A stretch of 64,000 bases of DNA. It comes from Eledone cirrhosa. Lineage: Eukaryota. Made by a program: the position numbers and the translations under genes. The stretch's first letter is position 1; every line of letters begins with the position of its first letter. The stretch spans positions 98,642,001 through 98,706,000 of the forward strand of contig OZ024744.1 of assembly GCA_964016885.1 (NCBI GenBank), in the 5' to 3' direction. Shown here piece by piece: positions 26,583 to 38,719 of this stretch. The notes beneath the pieces were generated by a model. The model was not told where the DNA came from, ran no database searches, and was given only the letters and a program-made list of their open reading frames with translations.

Positions 26583-27127
26583 CATGGCTTAGTGGTTAGA
26601 ACATTGGCTTTGCAATCGAAAGGTTGTGAGTTCAATTCTCAGACCGGGTGATGTGTTGTTTCCTTGAGCAAGACACTTTATTTCACATTGCTCCAATTTA
26701 CTCAGCTGTAGAAATGAGATGATAGGGACTGGGGTCCATATCATTCCACTGTAAAGTGGTCGTGGAGGTGCCACGGCAAAAAAGCACCCAGCACTCACTG
26801 TAAATGAGGTTGGTGTTAGGGAGGGCATCCAGCTGTAGAAATCAAGCCAGAATCAGTTCCCGTCCCAGCCTTGCAAGCAGGGAAAAATGGATGTAAAAAT
26901 GATGATGATGATGATGACGATGACGATGACGACGACGACGACGACACGTCCACTTTTCCCTGCTTGCAAGGGTGGGACGGGAACTGATTCTGACTTCATT
27001 TCGGTAAACTGGAGCAATGTGAAATAAAGTGTCTTGCTCAAGGAAACACATCACTCGGTTTGAGAATTGAACTCACAACCTTTCGATTGCAAGGCCAATG
27101 CTCTAACCACTAAGCCATGTGCCTCCA
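26583..27127. mobile_element. Two tRNA-derived SINEs (family B) tail-to-tail
   Basis: Plus copy tggcttagtggttaga...gagttcaattctc...ccttgagcaagacacttta to (GAT)n at about 26900. Minus copy 26947-27127. Confidence 0.85.
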
Positions 27128-27189
27128 TATATATATATATGTGTGTATTTGTATGTATGGATGTATGTAAATTATATATATATAGTAAT

Positions 27190-27820
27190 AATAATAAATT
27201 TGAAGACTAAAATCCAAAGAGGGCTCGATAAGGATAAATATATATCAAATATATAAGAACCGTAGAGCAAATATTTATTAAAATAACAAATTAAAGTTTA
27301 AGCAAAGAATCGTTGCTTTCACCCTTAACGGAATCTTCTGAAACTAAACACATCAATCTGTGAACGCAGAAGTAAATATTTAGAAAAACGTTGCAACCGA
27401 AGGAAAACAGGAAGACGATACTTTGGTTCGTGCAGATGTTCCTGGGAACATCTGCACGAACCTCCCAACATAGCCTAGTAGTTAGTTCCAGGGAACATCT
27501 GCACGAACCAAAGTATCGTCTTCCTGTTTTCCTTCGGTTGCAACGTTTTTCTAAATATTTACTTCTGCGTTCACAGATTGATGTGTTTAGTTTCAGAAGA
27601 TCCCGTTAAGGGTGAAAGCAACGATTCTTTGCTTAAACTTTAATCTGTTATTTTAATAAATATATGCTCTACGAACGGATAATGACGAAGATAATGAACG
27701 GATAATAACGAAGATAATATGGCGTTCACAGATTGATTTTTTTTTTTTTTTTAGTTTCAGAAGATCCCGTTAAGGGTGAAGCAGCGATTCTTTGCTTAAA
27801 CTTTAATCTGTTATTTTAAT
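27190..27820. mobile_element. Inverted-repeat element with three CAGAAGA hammerhead-like motifs and a minus-strand tail
   Basis: Arms about 27260-27442 and 27491-27673, an extra partial copy 27723-27820, and tail 27190-27260. Between (TA)n tracts. Confidence 0.75.
27573..27648 (+). ncRNA. Hammerhead-like motif with variant core CAGAAGA
   Basis: acagattga tgtgttt agttt CAGAAGA tccc gttaa gggt GAAA gca acgattctt tgc TT aaact ttaatctgt. All three stems can pair. Confidence 0.62.
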
Positions 27821-27871
27821 ATATATATATAATGTGTGAGTGTGTGTGTATTTATATGTATGTATGTCAAT

Positions 27872-27904
<33 letters not shown>

Positions 27905-27926
27905 ATTTATATGTATGTATGTCAAT

Positions 27927-27961
<35 letters not shown>

Positions 27962-27983
27962 ATTTATATGTATGTATGTCAAT

Positions 27984-28014
<31 letters not shown>

Positions 28015-28361
28015 ATTTATATGTATGTATGTCAATTATATATGTGTGTGTGTGTGTGTGTCAAACCAAGGATCAATGGTTTTCATTGTTCCTTCCATTG
28101 CTGATACTATTTACCAGTCACTAATCCTGGCAGAAGGAGCAACATGAAATAAAGTATTTTCAAGAACTCAACATACCACTCAGTCAAGGGATTGAACCCA
28201 AAGCCTTATTGAAAGTAAGTCCAATACCCTAATGAAAAGATAAAATGAAATAAGATAGTAGTTACTAATCCATCGTTTTTACAGTCATTTCAGCTAAGCA
28301 ATCAAAATTGTGAGTTATTTTGTGTTCATTTCAAAGTTAATGGTATGGATTTACATTTATT

Positions 28362-29772
28362 TTGAGGCTGTTGGTATGGATTTATCATATATACTGAAAT
28401 ATAATCTGAGGGATATGTAGAAGGGCAGGGATCGGCTTATATTCAGGGTCAATATTTTGATGATTTTCACGAACTTCAAATTCTACGTAAATAAGGTTTA
28501 GATTTTTGCCCATTTCTGAGGCATAAAATAGTGAGGTTGACTTATATTCAAGTATATATGGTATATTTCTTTCAAGGCTGATGATATGAATTTACCGCTT
28601 GTACTCAAATATAAGCTGAAGAATGTGTAACCACCCCACCCCAAATCATCAATGGTAGAAGGTGGGGTTTGCTTATATTCAAGTATATATGGTATATTTC
28701 TTTCAAGGCTGATGGTATAGATTTACTGTATATACTTGAATATAAGTCGAAGAATACATAACTAAAAAAATCAATGGTTGAAGAGGCAGGGGACAATATT
28801 TTGATAATTTTCACCAACTTCAAATTCTACATACTGTATTTCTTGGTACTGAAGATGCTTAGTCCTCGAGGATGCACCCTAATTTTGACAGCCAGAAATT
28901 AAATAAAAAATAATAAACAACCTTCGGCCTCCAGTACGTATGGTAGATTTTTGAGACTTATTTTAGGAAAAAAGTACCGTCTTCAATGCCGGGAAATACA
29001 GTAAATGAGGTTTGTATTTTTGCTTATTTCTCAGACATAAAATAGTGAGGTTGGCTTATATTTTAGTGTATACAGTAACTCATAACATTCTGTACCACAG
29101 GAAACCACATTAACTATTAACATCCTGTACAACATGAAACCACATTAAGTCTTAACATCCTATACCACATTAACCCATAACATCCTGTACCACATGAAAC
29201 CACATTAACATATATACTTGAATATAAGCCGAGGAATATATGACTAAAAAAAATCCATGGTAGAAGTGGATTTTCACCAACTTCAAATTCTACATAAATA
29301 ATGTTTGGATTTTTCTCCATTTCTCTGACATAAAATAGTGGGGACAGCTTATATTCGAGTATATATGGTAAATATGGTTGGTGTTAGGAAGAGCATCCAG
29401 CTGTAAAAAAAAAACCTGTCAGAGACGCTTCCGTGTGAGCGAGACATGGTCTCCCAACCATTCCCGCATCAAATAGAATAAAACTATCTAACCCATGCTA
29501 GCGTGGAAAATGGACGTTAAACGACGATGATGATATGGTATATTTCTTTCGAGGTTGATGGTATTGATTTACTGTATATACCCGAATATAAGCAGGGGAA
29601 TGTGTAACCAAAGATATCGATGGTAGAAGAGGGCGAGGATCAGCTTGTATTTGAGATCAATATTTTGACAATTTTCACCAACTTCAGATTCTACATAAAT
29701 AAGATTTGTATTTTTGTCCATTTCTCTGACATAAAATAGTGGGGTTGGCTTATATTCAAATATATACAGTAT
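28362..29772. mobile_element. Cluster of pogo/Tigger-like MITEs (TIR like TACYGTATATACTCGAATATAAG) with a nested MITE 28832-29003 and a SINE tail 29375-29533
   Basis: Repeated tactgtatatacttgaatataag ... cttatattcRagtatatatggta pairs. Nested tactgtatttc...gaaatacagta. Confidence 0.65.
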
Positions 29773-30696
29773 ATTTATTTTGAAGCTGATGGTATCATCA
29801 ACATCATCATCATCATCTTCGTTTAATGTCCATTTTCCACGCTAGCATGGGTTAGACAGGAATTGTCCCACTTGAGGCAAGGTTGGTCGGGTGACCGTGT
29901 CTCGCTCATATAGGACTATCTGGCAGGTTTTCTACGGTTGGATGCCCTTCCTAACACCAACCACATTTACAGTGTGTAACTGGGAAGGTATGAATTTACA
30001 TATGTGCCATTAAATGATGCACACATTCTTGTTTAATTTGCTGAAATGATCGTAAAACAACCGATTAATAGCTACCTTACTTTCTCTCATTTTTTTTTTG
30101 GGGGGGGGGGGGGGGTTCTTAATTATTCAGTTTTATATATTTGACTGTAGTTTGAATACTCAGTGACATGTGAGATTGTTGTACAGCTGTATTGATTGTT
30201 GTACAGCTGTATTCACATCTACAACACAAGTAGTCCTGAGATGGTTTATAGGTCCTGCCCTGACTCTGGCAAAATACATGTGTATATATTATATATATAT
30301 ATTCATAGGGATATATTTAGACATAGTCACAGATACATATGAGTGTGGCTACCTTTCATGGTGTGGCTCAATGAAAAAAATTAATTAAGCAAATAATTAT
30401 TAATCAGAGCTATATATAAAATTGCAAGTTTGAAGAACAGTTAGATAAAAATATCCAATTGTTCCTCTCCCTAGTCCGTAGAAACTAACTAGATAAATAA
30501 TCATTTAAACGGAGCTATAAGTTTAAAATGTAACTTCGAAGAAATAACAGATAAATGACATATTAATTTCTCCCGCGAGGGACAGTCAGTTAAAATTTAT
30601 CCAGTCTTTCTTCTTAACCAGTAGAAATTAACTAGACAAATAATCAATTAAACGGAGCTAAGTCTAAAATGTAAGTTTGAAGAAAAAATTTTAAGA

Positions 30697-30835
30697 AACT
30701 AGATGGTTCTTGCAAGGAACATCCAGTTCGTTTGTCAGACAAAATAATTGTTTTGTCTATCTTGTATATTATTTTGTCTGATGGATGAACTGGATGTTCC
30801 TTGCAAGAAACATCTAGTTGGTGATGAAATAATTA
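30697..30835 (+). repeat. 52-bp inverted repeat with a degenerate hammerhead motif
   Basis: Arms 30697-30748 and 30768-30819. Reads attattttgt CTGATGg ... GAAA ca tctagt tgg TG atgaaataat. Confidence 0.5.
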
Positions 30836-30974
30836 TATTGTGTTGTTTATTATGTAATTAAATAGCTCTGTACAATACATAGAGCACTCTTTTTTCCTTT
30901 ACCTTTTCTACGGAAATACTTAACACACACATGTATAGATATATGTTTATATATATATGTGTGTGTGTGTATGT

Positions 30975-31330
30975 ATACAAGGTGTTGTAGTTTGCTTGAA
31001 GCTTTGTGGAATAAAAAATATAAATTTGAATAAGCTAAAATATTTGGAAGCCCAGAAATGCGTGCAAGATTAAAAGTGCCATGAAGTTTCATTAATATGT
31101 ATTTAGATTTTTATTGTGTATCAACCTGTTACATGTGTTTCACAGAGGATTGGCTCAGGGTCACCCATGGAAGTTATGGACCCGACCCCGTATATTTTTT
31201 GTCGCATCGTCAGTCTGAAGAGCAGATTGATAATGAAGTCGGGTCTATAACTTCTGTGGGTGACGAACCCTGAGCCAACCCTCTGTGAAATCTAAATAGA
31301 TGTAAAAGAAACTTCCTCGTTCTTTTTAAT
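30975..31330. mobile_element. Inverted-repeat relic with a hammerhead split between two partial arms
   Basis: Arms 31138-31186 and 31238-31290. Plus arm has CTGAAGA(31215-31221) gcaga...tctgt GAAA; minus arm has GAAA cacatg TA acag. Confidence 0.6.
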
Positions 31331-31342
31331 ATATACACTCTG

Positions 31343-32520
31343 CCTGTGCGGACGATATCTGTTCGCAAGATTACTGTCTAGGAAAAAATAACACAGTAGT
31401 TTTATTTTTTAAGATATATTTATCAAACTTGGGTCAATTTGTCTTCATGACTTGTTCTTTTGATCTCACTCGATAAACCCGCCATTGGCTTTGATGACGG
31501 CCTCAAGGCGGCTTCGGAACCGGCTACAGGCCTTCGTCACTGTCCCCCGACTTAGGTCCCTAAAGGCACTTGTGATCCTGGTCTTCAGATCATCTTTCGT
31601 ATTGCAGCTAGATCTGTTGGTGTCTCGTTCCACTGCGCCCCACACAAAGAAGTCAAGGGGGTTGCAGTCAGGCGAGCTGAAAGGCCAGATGTCAGGTGCC
31701 AGATGAAGTGTGGTCGACGAAGTTCTCTGACAGCCAGGCTTGGGTCTTTCGGCTGGTATGGCAGGGCACTGAGTCTTGCTGCCACACGTATGGCCTACCT
31801 GCAGCTACCTGGTCGATCCAGGGCTTTACTACCTTGCTCAGAACATGGATGTAGCCATCGGTGTTCAACTTGAGGCCCTCAGGGAAGAAGTGAGGTGGCA
31901 TGACGTCACCTTGACTACTGACGACACCTAAGACCAATGTTGTCGCTGGAAACTTTGTCTGCATGACTCTGGGCACGTCTTTGGATGAGACAGCGAGCCA
32001 CCTGTTGTTCTGGGAGTTGATCTTCTGGTCTTGGCAGAAGTATTTCTTGTCGGAGAAAAACCACAGCATGTCTGGCTCCAGTAGGTGTTTCAACTTGTTG
32101 ATCAGCTTCTTTGCATGCTTCAGTCACTTTTCTTGCATCGCCTTTGACAGAAATTGTCCTTTCCTCATCTTGTATGAAACGTAGCGAATGTCTTCATGTA
32201 CCACTAGCCTAATGAGCTTTTCATCCATGCCTTTCTCCCTTGCAATGGCACGCATCGACTTGCTAGGTTCATTGTTGATGATATCCTGAACTTCAGCGAC
32301 GAACTCGGGCGTTCTGAAGGCGCCAGCTCATCGATCATGTTTTCCTCTCTGATGTTGCTTCATAGTCAAATCCTGCATCTTCCAATTCCTTTCTGACCTT
32401 TTCCACCATTCTCCTGCTGACGCTGAGAAAGTCTGAAATTTCCTTATTTGTCCTCCCGGCGCGGATTCCAAGAAGAACTCCGTGTCTCTTCCACAAATTT
32501 GGAGGTTCAAAAATATTCAA
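31343..32520 (-). mobile_element. Tc1/mariner DD37D (maT-type) transposon, disrupted transposase; the other end is displaced to 36846-36912
   Basis: WFFSDKKYF, VWQQDSVPCH, then SPDCNPLDFFVW with 37 residues between the 2nd and 3rd Asp (counted using both copies). TIR gcggacgatatYtgttcgcaa. Confidence 0.88.
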
Positions 32521-35500
32521 ATTCCCCATTTGTTTCTCTCGGATTTTCAATTAATATTTTACATGTTTTTAATAATTTGTCTCATTCTGTTAGACCCTTC
32601 CTAAAAACTAACCTTTTAGTATTATTATTAATTAATTATTCTAGAATCTTCCTGCATCTCGCTTGCTAACTTTGTAAACACTTTGCTCCTTCTCTCATAC
32701 CCTCCGCCTGATCACAAGTATAAAATAAATCTTGCTGGTTCCCAAGGACAGAATTTATCTATCTAAATTATCTTAAAGGCGATCTGTTGATTTTGAGAAT
32801 GTAAGCAAATTACTTGTCTTTCTATTATCTGTAGTCTTCCCAATGAGCAGTGTTTTAAACTCCTAGTTATGCCAGTCTAAAATTCAAATTCCCTGTTTGT
32901 TTCTCTTGGATTTTCAATTAATATTTGACATGTTTTTAATAATTTGTCTCATTTTGTTGGACCGTTCCTAAAAACTAATCTTCTCCTAAAGTTCTCCATT
33001 TCCCGCCCTCCCACCCCCACACACCACCATTGCTATATGGTCCAATCATAACTCAGCGGCTTTAGTAAGTTCCCTAACAAATCAGTATAACAAAGCTACC
33101 ACCCCGGTTACTACTCCTTAAGTTTAGACCTGTTTGATGGGTTGACTGCGGAGATTTGGAAAGTTTAAGCACTCAATGACAATGTCACAGATAAAGATAA
33201 ATTCATCTCCCCCTGCAGGACGAGAATGCAAAGACTCCTCTCTATTTCAGACACGAATGACCACCATAATTCCGTCTCCCACACCCCTTCCTGCCCCTCC
33301 AACCAATCCATCCCACCCTCCCAACTTCAGAGTTGGTACCATGAATGTAGGCACATTGAAAGGTCGCTCAAATGAGGTTGTAGAGATGCTTGAACGTAAG
33401 GAAGTTGATGTTTGTTGTATTCAAGAGACTAGGTGGAGAGGGGGGTCTGCCAGATTCATTGTGGGTAAAAAACGATGCTATAAACTTTTCTGGGTGGGAA
33501 ACGACAACGGACAGGGTGGAGTAGGAATTATGTTAGCAGAAAAATGGGTAGATAAGGTAATTGACGTAAATAGAGTGAATGACAGAATAATTAAAATAAG
33601 GCTAGTTCTAAATAGAACTACTGTGACAATAATATCCACTTATGCACCCAATCTGGTCTACTTGACGTTATAAAGGACAGGTTCTATGAGACGCTAATGC
33701 ACACTACCTCCCAAATAACTGACAGCGACTACCTAATTATTGCTGGCAACCTAAATGGTCACGTTGGATAACACTGTGATGGCTATGATGCAATCCATGG
33801 AGGCTATGGGGTTGGAAATAGAAATGAGGAAGGCTTCAGAATCCTGAAATTCTATGACGCCAATAACCTAACCATCTGTAACACAAACTTCAAAAAACGT
33901 GAAAACCACTTGATCACCTATAGATCAGGGGAACACGCCAGCCAGATAGATTATATCCTTATTAGAAGACGGGACAAAGTGTCTGTTGTAAACACTAAAT
34001 CCCTCTCCCGTGAAGAATGCACCTCCCAACATAGCCTAGTAGTTAGTGACCTCATAGTCAGGAATAGACGTACTCGACGACAGAGGAGGCCTATCTTGAG
34101 AAGAATATGGAAGTTGAAGGACTCCAAAGCCAATGACAAATTTAAAAGCTTATTACTTGATGCGTTTGACAATAAGGAAGAGCAATTAGAGACGTGCAAT
34201 ATAGAGGAACAGTGGCAATTCTTGAAAGTGAACCTGCTGAAAGCAACGAATGAAATCTGTGGCTGGAGCAGACCTATTGGCAGGAGGAGAGTAACTTGGT
34301 GGTGGAACAGTAAGGTAGAAAAGACAATCAAGGCCAAAAAGCAGGCTTGGAAAGTATGGCAGGTGGCCAGGAGAGAAGCTAGGAGACAAGTGTACCTTGC
34401 AAAAAAGGAAGCAGAGGAAAGAAAGTTCAAGCATGTTCTACAATGTGAGGTGTTCAGGATTGCTAGACAATGTGTCAAGGAAAACTGTAATATTGTCGGG
34501 GAGAAGTGTGTCCGTAATGATAACAGTGTACTTGCCCTCACTGATGCTGATAAGAAGATAGCCTGGAAGTGTCACTACGAGAGACTATTAAATGAGGAGA
34601 ATAAGTGGGAAAAAGATAGTCTGCCCCAAATTGATCCAGCAGTGCAAGTTAAAGGTAGTATAATAAGTAAGGCAATCAAAGATATGAAGACAGGCAAGGC
34701 AGCTGGGCCTTCGGAGATAGTTGCTGAGATGTTGAAGGCATCTGGAATGGTGGGACATACTATGGTCACCCGTATAGTTAACCAAGTAATACAGAATGGG
34801 GTCATACCAAAAGACTGGAGTAGCAGCATCATCATTAACTGCTACAAGGGTAAAGGAGATGCTCTAGATAGAGCAAACTATAGAGGCATTAAGTTAGTTG
34901 ACCAGGTCATGAAGGTCACAGAAAGAGTTATAGCGCAACTAATCAGAGAGCGAATTGATCTAGATGAAATGCAGTTTGGGTTTGTGTCAGGTAAAAGTAC
35001 CACAGACGCTATTTTCCTTGTACGATAACTACAAGAGAAGTACCTAGCTAAAAGTAAACCCCTATACTTAGCTTTTGTAGACTTGGAGAAAGCCTGACAG
35101 TCCCCCGCTCCATTATCTGGTAGGCACTTAGAAAACTAGGTGTAGATGAATGGCTTGTGAGAGCTATACAAGCTATGTATAATGAAAGTCAGCAAAGTTA
35201 GAATTAACAACGAATATTGTGAGGAATTTAGTGTAAAAGTTGGTGTTCACCAAGGCTCTGTCCTTAACCCCCTCCTATTTATTATTGCCCTTCAGGCTAT
35301 AACAGAGGAGTTCAAGACCGGCTGCCCATGGGAACTCCTATACGCAGATGATCTAATGCTCATAGCTGAATCAATGGCTGAACTAGAGAAGAAATTCCAA
35401 ACATGGAAGCATGGCCTAGAATCAAAAGGTCTTAAAGTTAACTTGTCTAAGACTAAAGTCCTAGTTTGCAGAAAGAAAAATAAGGCACAGGTACCCTCAA

Positions 35501-36846
35501 GGAAATGGCCATGTTCAGTGTGTAGGAAAGGAGTAGGCAGAAATTCAATTTTATTTCCCAAATGCAAAGTATGGGTACATAAAAGATGTAGTGGGATCAC
35601 AGGTAAACTATCTAAGAATGTAGACTTTATATGTGACTGATGCTCAGGTGTCCACAGGATACTAGCTCCTTCTATTGCCCAGATGGTTCTATAGAAATAG
35701 TAGACACTTTCCGTTACCTGGGTGATGAAATCAGCAGTGGTGGAGGGTGCTCTGAAAGTACAGTAGCCAGAGTCAGAACGGGATGGAAAAAGTTCAGAGA
35801 GCTTATAACACTGTTGGCCACAAAAGGTTTCTCTCTAAAAATGAAAGGCAGATTGTATGATGCCTGTATACAAACAGCAATGTTACATGGCAGTGGGACA
35901 TGGGCATTACGTGCAGACTGGAAAGAAACGAAGCATGCATGCTCCATTGGATGTATAATAGTAATATACGTGAACGGTAAAGCATAAATGAACTAAGTGA
36001 GAAATTAGGAATAAGAGGGATCAGATGCTGTTTACTTGAGAGAAGATTACGTTGGTACAGTCACGTGATGTGCATGAAAGACAACAGCTGTATAAAAAAG
36101 TGCAGGCCAATCAAAATTGATGGAATCTACGTCTATGGGACGATCTGATAAATTCCGACCTTATACACTTATACCTCTCTAAGACAATGTCATTGGACTG
36201 AGATCTTTGGCACTACGCAATAATACAGAAGACCCGCCTTGCCTATGTACAAAGCGGAACCTACAGTCAGTAGGCACCTCTTAACCAAATATACACCGCA
36301 ATCCACTACCCCTACCCTATCCTCCCACTCCCACCAACACCAGCCTCTCTCTGTAAAGTTGGTACCTCAACATCCAGTCCAAATAAATGAGATAATTGTT
36401 TCTACTTTTGGCACAAGGCCAGCAATTACCCAGTGCATTACTGGTACTTTACTTTATTGACCCCGTAAGGATGAAAGGCAAAATTAACCTCGGCGGGATT
36501 TGAACTCAGAATGGCAAGGCCGCAACTCTATGCGTCAAAGCATGGCATCCGACTCTACCGATACTGCCAATCCACTGCCATATAAATGAGATCGAGATCG
36601 TGTAGGTGTCACAAGAAAAAACACACAGTCCACGCTGTAATGTGGCTGTGTAGGTAACACGGTAAAAAGTTCCCAGTTCCACACTGTAAATGTGGTTGGT
36701 GTTAGGAAGGACATCCAGCCGTAGAAAACCTGCCAGATAGTCCTATATGAGCGAGACATGGTCACCCGACCAACCTTGCCTCAAGTGGGACAACTCCCCT
36801 CTAATCCATGCTAGCATGGAAAATGGACGTTAAACGATGATGATGA
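32521..36846 (+). mobile_element. Near full-length RTE-clade LINE (APE endonuclease plus RT, disrupted)
   Basis: APE motifs GTMNVGTL, CCIQETRW, STYAP, QIDYIL, SQHSLV; RT motifs as in the 10.1-kb copy; stops and frameshifts; (GAT)n tail at 36836-36846; SINE inserted at about 36390-36585. The 5' boundary is approximate. Confidence 0.93.
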
Positions 36847-36945
36847 ATTATTCTTTATTATTTGCATAAAATTAGCAGTTGAAAATTGCGAACAAATATC
36901 GTCCATACCCTGTATATATATATAAAACAATGAGTGAATTTGAAT

Positions 36946-37053
36946 ACATATAAAAATGAGAAAACTAATCGCTAGAACAGCCATTAAAACAACTATTAAC
37001 AGCCAACTATTTTAATGGCTGTTCCAGCAATGAGTTTTCTCATTTTTATATGT
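36946..37053. repeat. Hairpin with about 43-bp arms between (TA)n tracts
   Basis: acatataaaaatgagaaaactaatcgctagaacagccattaaaa ... ttttaatggctgttccagcaatgagttttctcatttttatatgt. Confidence 0.8.
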
Positions 37054-37083
37054 GTGTTTGTATATATATATATATATATATAA

Positions 37084-37362
37084 TAATAAAATGACAGGAG
37101 GCTGGACTTGTGTAAATTCTTGAAAGGTTTATTATACTATGATCATTTCAATGACCGGGTTCCGTATAATAAACGTTTCAAGGATTTACACAAGTCCAGC
37201 CTCCTGTCATTTTATTATAATATTTAACTCCGTACTAGCACCACCAACTACAAAAACGAAGACGGTTGAACTGCTTTATGTTGAGTACTCTCTATATTAG
37301 TGGTGAACCTTCAAACCTGAATATATATATATATATATATTCAGGTTTGAAGGTTCACCACT
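37084..37362 (+). mobile_element. Inverted-repeat-plus-tail relic with a second hairpin centred on (AT)n
   Basis: Arms 37084-37137 and 37164-37217, tail to 37320. 37289-37320 is inverted at 37341-37362 and beyond. Confidence 0.7.
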
Positions 37363-37682
37363 GGATAGAGCTGGTCAATCTTAATGTAATAATATGGATA
37401 TATATATATATATATATACGAGAGACAGCTGAAAAATTCATAGACTGACCAAGATACTCTCATGGAATGACCAAATAAGGTTTATTTTTCAACATCATAG
37501 TCCCTAGAAAAAAACAACACGGTTATTAATAAGAGTTGAAATTAATGCATTGCATGCAAAATTTCACAGCTCTAGCATCACTCCTTTGTAGTCAGTTGAC
37601 CTTCATGTATGTATATACATATACCAGAAAGCAAATATCAGTTTAACATATGTTTTTTTTTTTCATTAAACATACATGTGTA

Positions 37683-37714
<32 letters not shown>

Positions 37715-37840
37715 CATAGACACCAGAAAACATATATCAGTTTAAAACATTTTTTTTTTTCATGCTCAAACACATTTACACTTACATGCTATTATTCAGT
37801 TTTATATATGTGAATGTGGAATGTATTCATATATATTTAT

Positions 37841-38708
37841 ACAGGCTGCGGACAATATTTGTTCACAAGATTACTGTCTAGGAAAAAATAACACAGTAGT
37901 TTTATTTTTTAAGATATATTTATCAAACTTGGGTCAGTTTGTCTTCATGACTTGTTCCTTCAATCTCACTCGATAAACCTGCCATTGGCTTTGATGACGG
38001 CCTCAAGGCAGCCTCGGAACCGGCTACAGGCATTCATCACTGTCCCCCGACTTAGGCCCCTAAAGGCACTTGTGATCCTGGCCTTCAGATCGTCTTTCTT
38101 ATTGGAGCTAGATCTGTTGGTGTCTCGTTCCACTGCGCCCCACACAAAGAAGTCGAGGGGGTTGCAGTCAGGCGAGCTGGGAGGCCAGATGTCTGGTGAA
38201 GTGTGGTCGACGAAGTTCTCTGACAGCCAGGCTTGGGTCTTTCGGCTGGTATGGCAGGGCGCTGAGTCTTGCTGCCACGTATGGCCTACCTGCAGCTACC
38301 TGGTCGATCCAGGGCTTTACTACCTTGCTCAGAACGCGGATGTAGCCATCGGTGTTCAGCTTGAGGCCCTCAGGGAAGAAGTGAGGTGGCATGACGTCAC
38401 CTTGACTGCTGACGACACCCAAGACCAATGTTGTCGCTGGAAACTTTGTCTGCATGACTCTGGGCACGTCTTTGGATGAGACAGCGAGCCACCTGTTATT
38501 CTGGGAGTTGATCTTCTGGTCCTTATTGACCTCTCGGCGCGGATTCCAAGAAGAACTCTGTGTCTCTTCCACAACTTTGGAGGTTCAAAATTATTCATAA
38601 TCAATTATTCTGAAAATAAATAATGGACAAGAGTGACAACGGAAGTAAAATAAATTTGCATAAAATTAGCAGTTGAAAATTGCGAACAAATATCATCCTC
38701 ACCCTGTA
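37841..38708 (-). mobile_element. Internally deleted copy of the DD37D transposon
   Basis: Matches 31345-32030, then jumps to sequence equivalent to about 32445. TIRs at both ends flanked by TA. Confidence 0.88.
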
Positions 38709-38719
38709 TATATATACAT

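Noticed and set aside
26583-26660. tRNA gene
   Set aside because: A/B boxes run directly into a SINE body and (GAT)n tail, so this is a SINE head.
22521-28147. Many short Y/I/C/V-rich ORFs
   Set aside because: Microsatellite translations.
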